Part shown: positions 25,827-32,000 of the stretch, piece after piece
Position numbering within the stretch: the first letter of the stretch is position 1
How the letters are laid out: every line of letters starts with the position of its first letter
Assembly: GCF_000015145.1 (NCBI RefSeq)
Contig: NC_008818.1
Coordinates: forward strand, 150,001-182,000
Reading direction: 5' to 3'
DNA from: Hyperthermus butylicus DSM 5456
GTDB lineage: Archaea > Thermoproteota > Thermoprotei_A > Sulfolobales > Pyrodictiaceae
DNA length: 32,000 nt
Notes under the pieces: generated by a model
Seen by the model: the letters and a program-made list of their open reading frames with translations, nothing else
The model's database searches: none
Told to the model about the DNA's origin: nothing
Translations under genes and position numbers: made by a program

Positions 25827-27458
25827 GTGAGGTGTGCAGTGGCACGCCTCCCCAGCTGGCTTGACTGGAAACTCACAGCAATCATAGTGCTGGTTGTTGT
25901 AGGTGTTGCAGCGGTACACCTAGCTGTATCTCAGCCCAGCGGCACCGGGATACACTACGAGCCTAAGCCGGTAGAGGTGGTAGACCACACAGAGATCTTT
26001 AAGGAGCACAATATAACCAAGTATGAAGGCTCTAAGACTTGTATGGAGTGCCACTATGACGAGGTCATAGAGGTGTTCCACTCCGCCCACTATCAGATGG
26101 CTGTGATACAGAACGACATAGCGGGTTACGCCGAGGTACTCTACGGCGGCAAGTACGCCTACAATGACTTCTGTGGCGCCATATTCTGGCGTGGCGAGGT
26201 ACCAATCAACTATATCGGCAAGGCGGTGCTAAAGGCACCACCGCCGGGCTATGAGAAGCTAGAGGGCAAATTCATAGCTAGCGGTTGCAGCATGTGCCAC
26301 GGTGTCAGCCTTGGACTCCCACCAGAGCCAGAGATGACCAGGGAGCAGCTGGAGAACATAGACTGTCTAGTCTGCCACTCAACGATCTACCGTGGAGGCC
26401 CTATAGGTGTTAAGCAGGGCTTCCGCATCCTATACAAGGATGAGCTGGGCCGCTGGCGCTACATGCCAAACCCCAATATAAGCATTGACACGCTAGCAAA
26501 GTCGATCGTGGAGACGCCGACGAAGGAGGCCTGCCTTGCCTGCCACGCGTTTTCCGGTGGAGGCCCAGGCTTCAAGCGGCCCAACCTAGACCCAAGCCTC
26601 ATGGGCAACGTTGACGAGAGCATCGACGTGCACCTTGCTAGGGGTATGAACTGCGTGGACTGCCACCATGCTGAGGACCACAAGTTCCCGACGAAGAGTG
26701 CTGACACCTGGTTCCGCGAGGATGGCGAGGTGCCCGAGTGTACTGACTGCCACGGCGAGAAACCACACATGGGCCTCGAGGGCTGGATTATCAACAGGTT
26801 CCATCATAGGGTGGCGTGCCAGACCTGCCACATACCATACATAGCCCGTAACGAGACCTACCCGACCGACGTTGCTAGGGACTGGAGAGAGGCGGAGTTC
26901 AAGCCTGAGGCAGCCAGGTACGAGCCAAAGATAACCCTTGAGAGCTACGTTGTCCCCGTGTACCGCTGGTACAATGGCACTAGGAAGGTCTACGTCTATC
27001 CGAACCCTGTGGAGCCCGACGAGGAGGGCCGTATAATCTACGTGGAGCCGCTAGGCTCTAGAGATGACCCCAACTCGAAGATATACCCGTTCAAGCTCCA
27101 CATAGCAGTAGTGCCCTATGATAGCATACACAAGGTCCCAGTACCAATAAAGGTCGGCATAGTATTCGCTACCGGCAACGTTGAGGCGGCAATAAAGGCT
27201 GGTGCGGCAGCTGCAGGCCTCAACTGGACCGGCGACTACGTAACACTTGTACGCTACATGCAGGTAAACCATGGCGTGGCACCTAAGGAGGAGGCGCTGG
27301 GCTGCTTCAGCTGTCACGGCCCAACGATAAGGAGGATGCCGTGGCCAGAGCTAGGCTATGGACGCCTACCAGAGATAGCGTTCATAAGCATCTCAGCACT
27401 ACTGGTGGCGATCATCGTTGGCATAGCCTACCTCGTATACCGCAGGCTGAGAAGGTAA
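25827..27458 (+). CDS. Octaheme c-type cytochrome, octaheme tetrathionate reductase (OTR)-like, membrane-anchored
   Basis: 543 aa ORF with eight CxxCH motifs: CMECH, CSMCH, CLVCH, CLACH, CVDCH, CTDCH, CQTCH, CFSCH. Hydrophobic segments at the N-terminus (LTAIIVLVVVGVAAVHLAV) and C-terminus (FISISALLVAIIVGIAYLVYRRLRR). N-terminal layout CMECHYDEVIEVFHSAHY...YAYNDFCGAI...CSMCH...IDCLVCHSTIY resembles OTR-type cytochromes. Confidence 0.85.
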   Translation: MRCAVARLPSWLDWKLTAIIVLVVVGVAAVHLAVSQPSGTGIHYEPKPVEVVDHTEIFKEHNITKYEGSKTCMECHYDEVIEVFHSAHYQMAVIQNDIAGYAEVLYGGKYAYNDFCGAIFWRGEVPINYIGKAVLKAPPPGYEKLEGKFIASGCSMCHGVSLGLPPEPEMTREQLENIDCLVCHSTIYRGGPIGVKQGFRILYKDELGRWRYMPNPNISIDTLAKSIVETPTKEACLACHAFSGGGPGFKRPNLDPSLMGNVDESIDVHLARGMNCVDCHHAEDHKFPTKSADTWFREDGEVPECTDCHGEKPHMGLEGWIINRFHHRVACQTCHIPYIARNETYPTDVARDWREAEFKPEAARYEPKITLESYVVPVYRWYNGTRKVYVYPNPVEPDEEGRIIYVEPLGSRDDPNSKIYPFKLHIAVVPYDSIHKVPVPIKVGIVFATGNVEAAIKAGAAAAGLNWTGDYVTLVRYMQVNHGVAPKEEALGCFSCHGPTIRRMPWPELGYGRLPEIAFISISALLVAIIVGIAYLVYRRLRR

Positions 27459-27553
27459 TGGCAGTAATGGTGGATGCGGCATAGTGTTTTTATGCTAGAG
27501 CTTCGCTTCACACGTAGTTGCAACGTATTTTTCTTCTAGCGTCTCCTCAATCC

Positions 27554-28081
27554 TTAGCCTTTCTTTACCTCCTCTATGAAGAGTTCTAGCAGCCCAACAG
27601 GGTCGCGTGCTCCTGCAGCTCCTAGCCGTACCCATACCACTAGGCCGTCGCGGCACCAGAACGCGTGTAGGCTTCCGTCGTGCTTATTCATCGTCAGATA
27701 GACTAGTGTGTCTCCAAAGCTATGGGGTATTGGGGCGGTGTAGGGTAGCTCTGTCTCGTACTCCCTCATTTTCTCGGCCATAGACGCCGCTATGGGGCAT
27801 GCGTTGCTGTCGACGTAGGAGGCCCAGAGTATCGTGCCGTCAGTATATATTGCAACCAGGGCATCATCAACATCTATCTTCTCCGGGCTCCAGTGAAGCC
27901 CCCGAATCATCTCTACAGCCTCGCTACCCGTTGCAAGCCTTGCGACATGATAGCCCCCGGGCAGTGTCTCCGGGTAGTCTATCCCTCCCCCTTCGTCATG
28001 GTGCGTATAGGCTGCGAGAACAGTTATGGCTAGGACTATGGCTAGGAGGGGAAAGAGTAGTCTTAGGCTGAGCATTCTCAA
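27554..28081 (-). CDS. Secreted/membrane-anchored hypothetical protein
   Basis: 175 aa ORF with N-terminal hydrophobic segment (LRLLFPLLAIVLAITVLAAYTHHDEG). 4-nt overlap with the upstream macro-domain gene suggests a transcriptional unit. Confidence 0.6.
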   Translation of the reverse strand: MRMLSLRLLFPLLAIVLAITVLAAYTHHDEGGGIDYPETLPGGYHVARLATGSEAVEMIRGLHWSPEKIDVDDALVAIYTDGTILWASYVDSNACPIAASMAEKMREYETELPYTAPIPHSFGDTLVYLTMNKHDGSLHAFWCRDGLVVWVRLGAAGARDPVGLLELFIEEVKKG

Positions 28082-28677
28082 GCTCTTGTCTCACCGCCCA
28101 CCGGGGCTAGCTTGCAGTTCCTCGTTTTGACCCGTTTTATCTCGTCTAGGAACTGCTTAGCGTCACGCTCGCTGTAGGCTACAAGGATTATCCGTGGGGG
28201 CAGCTTCCCGCCGGAGCCCAGGAACTCGTCCAGGGCCTCCATTATGGCTTCTAGGCTCTCCCTCGCGGTGAGACCCCCAACCCCAGCACCCATAGCTGGG
28301 AGGGCTAGGCAGCCCACGTTGAGCTTCTCCGCCTCCCTAAGCGCCGCCAGCACAGCCTTCACAACCTTGCCCTGCGTGGTTCTCATCGCGGGCCTCTCCA
28401 TAGTGGGAGCATGGATGATATACTTGATCCTGGGCTCTAGCCTACCAGCACCCGTGTGTATAGCCTCGCCCACCGGCACGGGGGCCTTGCGCCTAGCCTC
28501 CTCCTCGACCTCGGGCCCGGCAGCGCGGCGCAGCGCGCCCGCGACACCACCGCCCATTATCATGAGGCTGTTAGCCGGGTTCACCACGGCCTCGCACTCG
28601 GCCTCAGTGATATCACCACGGGCTATCTCGACCACGACACCGTTACACCTGTACTCGGCTAGCTTTTCGAGCGGCAA
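28078..28677 (-). CDS. Macro domain protein (ADP-ribose / O-acetyl-ADP-ribose binding or hydrolase family)
   Basis: 199 aa ORF; VEIARGDITEAECEAVVNPANSLMIMGGGVAGALRRAAGPEVEEEARRKAPVPVGEAIHTGAGRL...IIHAPTMERP...LALPAMGAGVGGL. Confidence 0.93.
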   Translation of the reverse strand: MPLEKLAEYRCNGVVVEIARGDITEAECEAVVNPANSLMIMGGGVAGALRRAAGPEVEEEARRKAPVPVGEAIHTGAGRLEPRIKYIIHAPTMERPAMRTTQGKVVKAVLAALREAEKLNVGCLALPAMGAGVGGLTARESLEAIMEALDEFLGSGGKLPPRIILVAYSERDAKQFLDEIKRVKTRNCKLAPVGGETRA

Positions 28678-28700
28678 GCCTCCCGCACCGTATCCCTAGT

Positions 28701-29174
28701 CTAGCCATGTGTTCGGCTCTTAACAGTCTCTAGCAGCTGGCTAGCCCACCAGAGTATCCGCTCACAGTGGCCCGGAGAGCCCGCCCCCTCCCTCCAAGCA
28801 ACCAGCGCGGCGATACCTGCATAGAACGCGTCCATGAACACCTTGTTTTCCCGCCCAGCCTCCTCTGAGAGCCTCACATAATCCCGCAGGCCCCTAGGCA
28901 GCTTAGAGCCTAGGAGCACAGCGTGCGCATCAAGGGCTAGCAGGATGCTGCTCCAAACCCTGCGGCAAGCCTCACCATACTTCCCAGCCTCCACAAGCCT
29001 CCCAGCGTGGTCCAGCAAGGTCTCAGCAGCACGCACGAGTATGCGCGGCCTCTCCTCCTCCGGCGCAAGCCGGAGAAGAAGCTGAACCGTCAACGCTTCC
29101 GGTGTACTCCCCCTCTGCTCAGCCTCCCTCTCAAGAAGCTCCACAAGCTCGCTCGGGAGAAAACCAGTAGACAA
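28701..29174 (-). CDS. PaREP1-family-like protein
   Basis: 157 aa ORF; RAAETLLDHAGRLVEAGKYGEACRRVWSSILLALDAHAVLLGSKLPRGLRDY resembles the alpha-helical crenarchaeal PaREP1 family. Confidence 0.6.
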   Translation of the reverse strand: MSTGFLPSELVELLEREAEQRGSTPEALTVQLLLRLAPEEERPRILVRAAETLLDHAGRLVEAGKYGEACRRVWSSILLALDAHAVLLGSKLPRGLRDYVRLSEEAGRENKVFMDAFYAGIAALVAWREGAGSPGHCERILWWASQLLETVKSRTHG

Positions 29175-29382
29175 ACCAGCACACCACCAGAAAGTGTAAG
29201 GAGGAGTTGCACGCAGATATAACCCTTAGTGTCTCCAGGCTAGGCCTCTACCGGAACAAGCGTGGCAACGGTACTATAGTAACGTGCGGTACTAGGGGCG
29301 CAGGGAAAAGGTAAGGTAAGGTATGCGGTAGCCGCGCTGTTCTTAAAATATGGCTGTGCTACGCGGCTAGTTACGCGGCGTC

Positions 29383-29655
29383 TTGGGGTATAAGGCTGGC
29401 TTTGCCGCCGGCTTTGGAGCAGCATTCATTGTTTTCGGCATAGTCCTATTCTATGTTGCAGCAGTCGTGGAGGCGGAAGTAGAGCAGTGGCGTGACGATA
29501 GACGAGCATTCTACAATATAACACATAGCGTTGCATACGAGGCGGGCCCAATGGCTCTTGACTCGCTGGAAAACATGCTCGTAGAACTCCATAGAAGTGA
29601 GGTGGTCTCAAAAGTGTTCTCAGCTCTCGACATAGACTTGTCACTACATGGTTAA
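29383..29655 (+). CDS. Small membrane protein, hypothetical
   Basis: 90 aa ORF with one TM (FAAGFGAAFIVFGIVLFYVAAVV) then a charged helical tail. Overlaps the next ORF by 8 nt. Confidence 0.5.
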   Translation: MGYKAGFAAGFGAAFIVFGIVLFYVAAVVEAEVEQWRDDRRAFYNITHSVAYEAGPMALDSLENMLVELHRSEVVSKVFSALDIDLSLHG

Positions 29656-29842
29656 ACAGATAGACAGCATCCGCTCTACAATGCTTGAGATGCGCCATAA
29701 ATCAGAGGAGATACTATACTATACGTCGAGCCTGCCCGAGGACCTCAAGAGAATAGCTATGATCGTACTCGCTGCTGGCCTTGTGGTAGGAGCCTCGGGG
29801 GCGATAGCAGAAACCGTAATCAGAGCTAGAAAGCACTCCTAG
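29648..29842 (+). CDS. Small membrane protein, hypothetical
   Basis: 64 aa ORF; charged N-terminal helix and C-terminal TM (IAMIVLAAGLVVGASGAIAETVI). Confidence 0.5.
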   Translation: MVKQIDSIRSTMLEMRHKSEEILYYTSSLPEDLKRIAMIVLAAGLVVGASGAIAETVIRARKHS

Positions 29843-29854
29843 CCCGCTTTCACT

Positions 29855-30736
29855 TCATAGGCTACCCAGTTTTCTCGCAGTGCTACCCGGCTGTGTTCTA
29901 TATAGTGTTAGCCATGCGCCGGTAACTGTGAGGAGGAGCCCCGGTAGACTAGCTGGTGGCGGAGGCTCATCCAGTAGCAGCCATGCGAGGAGGCTTGCCC
30001 CGTAGGGTTCGAGGAGGGCGATGCTGGTAACCACTGCGGTGGGATAGAAGGCTAGCGCGTAGTTGAGCATTGTGTGGCCGAGAAGCATGGGGACAAGGCC
30101 TAGGGCTATAAGGTATGGTATACTCCCGCGGGGCGGGCTCCAAGCCTTAACCCCTGCTGCAGCAGCATATACAGCGACGGCCAGGAAGGCAGCAGTATAG
30201 ACAACAGCTGTGTACTCGAGTGTAGAGACGCCACGTACACGCAGCCTCCTACCAAGCAGGAAGTAGGCAGTAGCAGCTACGGCAGCGGAGAATGCCATCA
30301 AGGCCCCCAGCATGGTAGCTCCAGCCCAGGGGGTAGATAGGATAGCCACGCCCGAGAAACCCAGAACAACACCTAGAACCATGCGTGGAGTAGCACTACG
30401 CTCAACCAGAGCCTCATAGGCAGCAGCGATCACCGGGTACGATACAACAATACCTGTCGAAGAAGCAACACTGGCATGGCGCAAACTCTCAAGCCACAGG
30501 GCTAGGTGGGCAGCGAGCAGAACCCCCGCTGGGAGACTACGAACGGCAACAGAGCTGCGAGGCAAACGCCCAACAATAGCAGACGCGGCAAGTGTGACAA
30601 GGCTTCCAACGAGGAGCCTCCACCAAGCAGCGGTAACACCGTCAACTCCAGCAAGTCGTGCCAAGGGGGCAGCAGTAGAGATACCAAACAATGCCACCAG
30701 CAGAGCAGCCCACGGCGCCAGCAAAACCCAGCCCAA
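29855..30736 (-). CDS. EamA/DMT-superfamily transporter
   Basis: 293 aa ORF, about 10 TM; RLAGVDGVTAAWWRLLVGSLVTLA, GVVLGFSGVAILSTPWAG, LEPYGASLLAWLLLDEPPPPASLPGLLLTVTGAWLTLY. Confidence 0.82.
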   Translation of the reverse strand: MGWVLLAPWAALLVALFGISTAAPLARLAGVDGVTAAWWRLLVGSLVTLAASAIVGRLPRSSVAVRSLPAGVLLAAHLALWLESLRHASVASSTGIVVSYPVIAAAYEALVERSATPRMVLGVVLGFSGVAILSTPWAGATMLGALMAFSAAVAATAYFLLGRRLRVRGVSTLEYTAVVYTAAFLAVAVYAAAAGVKAWSPPRGSIPYLIALGLVPMLLGHTMLNYALAFYPTAVVTSIALLEPYGASLLAWLLLDEPPPPASLPGLLLTVTGAWLTLYRTQPGSTARKLGSL

Positions 30737-31064
30737 ACCCGCCTAGAAGGAATCACACAGCATTATTAGGGTATTAGCCATATACCGCATCTCCTGGATG
30801 GCTATGGAGGCTCTAAGAGGTGTTGGCGGAGCATATGGTATCAACAGTGTTGCTGAGGCATCCAAGGCTATTATAGAGAGGCGAGGCTGAATAGAGGGAA
30901 GGAAACTGGCAATCGACGAGATAGTACTCCTACTCCCTGACCTGGCTCGCAGCAAGATATGGAGCCTAGGAGAGGAGTTGTGGAGGGTCAATCCGGGGAA
31001 TAGGGGATGTGAGAAGACGGGCTGCCCCAGGGATAGAGGGACGGCCTAGGGAGCGGAGCCGGCC

Positions 31065-31298
31065 ATGAACACTACCAGTCTCCTAAGCCGTGGCGCTAGC
31101 CGTCTAAGGCTTGCAGTGCTCATCCAGTTAGCGGGGTATACGGGGCTAGTACTCGCCATCAACCTCTACAATATGCATGTTGAGGACCTGGCGAAGAAGG
31201 GCATAATTCTGATCACGGGCCAAGGCGTAGGATGGGTCTTCGCCTTCGAAACCATATCGTTCATCATCGGGCTAGCCTCATACTTTGCTAGTCCTTGA
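31065..31298 (+). CDS. Membrane protein, N-terminal part; possibly the same gene as 31285-31701
   Basis: 77 aa ORF with 2 TM segments ending ...FETISFIIGLASYFASP*. Overlaps the next ORF by 14 nt in another frame. Confidence 0.5.
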   Translation: MNTTSLLSRGASRLRLAVLIQLAGYTGLVLAINLYNMHVEDLAKKGIILITGQGVGWVFAFETISFIIGLASYFASP

Positions 31299-31701
31299 CG
31301 GGTTCCGCGACCTTGAAGCATACAGGCCGGGAGTCTTCAGGGTGGGGATAGCAGCTGCATACACGCTACTCGCCTCGCTAGCAGTGACAGTCACGGGCCT
31401 AGCAGTCCTCTGGCTCTCCGAGGCCACGGGAGTGGCGGGATTTGAACATATTGGATGTTGGATAACAGCCTTCACACACATAGGCCAGCCAGCGGGAACA
31501 GCCCTAATGTATGCTGGGCTATGGAGACTTGGCAGTATAGTCCAGGTAGACGCTCTGAAGGCGGCAGCAGTGGCATGGATAACCGGTGTGACACTCACAC
31601 TGCTAGACGTGGTTACCGTTGGAGCATTCCTGCTGGCAGCGGCCTACCTGCTCGCCGTGCTAGGCCTAACAATAGCGTCAAAGAGCGCCAGCATAGGCTA
31701 G
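31285..31701 (+). CDS. Membrane protein with 3-4 TM segments
   Basis: 138 aa ORF; LVLDGFRDLEAYRPGVFRVGIAAAYTLLASLAVTVTGLAVLWLSEATG... TTG start inside the preceding ORF. Confidence 0.55.
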   Translation: MLVLDGFRDLEAYRPGVFRVGIAAAYTLLASLAVTVTGLAVLWLSEATGVAGFEHIGCWITAFTHIGQPAGTALMYAGLWRLGSIVQVDALKAAAVAWITGVTLTLLDVVTVGAFLLAAAYLLAVLGLTIASKSASIG

Positions 31702-31741
31702 TACACGGGCCCATCCAAGACCATCAGGTGAGGGGAATGAA

Positions 31742-31975
31742 ATGCTCCAGGAGGATGAGGCTGTCGATGATGTGGTCTGGGAGAGTATCCAGGGGCGGGC
31801 CCTGGAACAGTACCGGGGCAACTACGTGGTTATCGCTGGCGGTGAGGTGCAAGGGGTCTATGACACCCTTGAGGAGGTAGTGCAGCGTACATGTGAGCCG
31901 TGGACGATAGGACGCAGCTGCATCTTGTTGGTAGGGCTCGGCATGGACAACACCAGCTGTGGTGAGGGAGAGTAG
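31742..31975 (+). CDS. DUF5678-like small protein
   Basis: 77 aa ORF; LEQYRGNYVVIAGGEVQGVYDTLEEVVQRTCEPWTIGRSCILLVG matches the small-protein pattern (GKYVAvvdGevv...) recalled for DUF5678. Confidence 0.5.
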   Translation: MLQEDEAVDDVVWESIQGRALEQYRGNYVVIAGGEVQGVYDTLEEVVQRTCEPWTIGRSCILLVGLGMDNTSCGEGE

Positions 31976-32000
31976 CTCGGGGAAGCATGGAGAGGACAGC

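Noticed and set aside
28097-28699. 151 aa plus-strand ORF (28244-28699) opposite the macro-domain gene
   Set aside because: Fully antisense to a convincing macro-domain sequence; biased composition.
28078-29174. Interpretation of macro-domain plus PaREP1-like genes as an ADP-ribosylation defence cassette
   Set aside because: No ADP-ribosyltransferase, nuclease or toxin partner was visible, so the claim would be unsupported.
29272-29281. TACTATAGTA perfect palindrome in intergenic region
   Set aside because: Only 10 bp, expected by chance at this scale, with no second copy seen nearby.
29240-29425. 61 aa minus ORF in the intergenic region before the small membrane proteins
   Set aside because: No motifs and no clear ribosome binding site; likely chance.
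1-32000. CRISPR array, tRNA/rRNA, transposon ends or recognisable defence system
   Set aside because: By eye I found no regularly spaced direct repeats, tRNA cloverleaf with conserved T-arm (GGTTCRANYCC), IS-type transposase motif or recognised defence nuclease. This is a manual scan, so tRNAscan-SE, CRISPRCasFinder and DefenseFinder would be decisive.

Overview
This window looks like ordinary chromosomal backbone from a hyperthermophilic crenarchaeon. A Pyrodictiaceae-like origin is inferred from gene content, GTG/TTG starts and AT-rich TATA boxes; no database was consulted. From left to right it carries: an M32 carboxypeptidase (partial, minus strand); a membrane-anchored DsbA-like CPYC protein; a coiled-coil protein; a NUDIX hydrolase; a BtuF/BtuC/BtuD-type ABC importer whose ATPase is split by a +1 shift just after Walker A; a roadblock/LC7 protein; a degenerate stretch; an EndoIII-like HhH-GPD glycosylase; a radical SAM protein; queD-queE; trxB; gcvH; and an 11-subunit complex I cluster in the order nuoA-B-[C inverted]-D-H-I-J-K-M-L-N, without nuoEFG. 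After the cluster come a beta-hydroxyacid dehydrogenase, an octaheme (8 x CxxCH) OTR-like cytochrome c, a secreted protein/macro-domain pair, a PaREP1-like protein, small membrane proteins, an EamA transporter and a DUF5678-like protein. The observations most worth a second look are: (1) nuoC inverted inside the nuo cluster with its own apparent leaderless promoter, next to a decayed minus-strand ORF; (2) a 1-nt frame break in nuoH at a conserved motif; (3) a +1 frame break in the ABC ATPase; (4) a multiply interrupted coding relic at 8.6-9.1 kb; (5) an octaheme cytochrome beside the complex I cluster; (6) a possible frame break splitting a membrane protein near 31.29 kb. I found no convincing CRISPR array, tRNA/rRNA, transposase or recognisable defence island.
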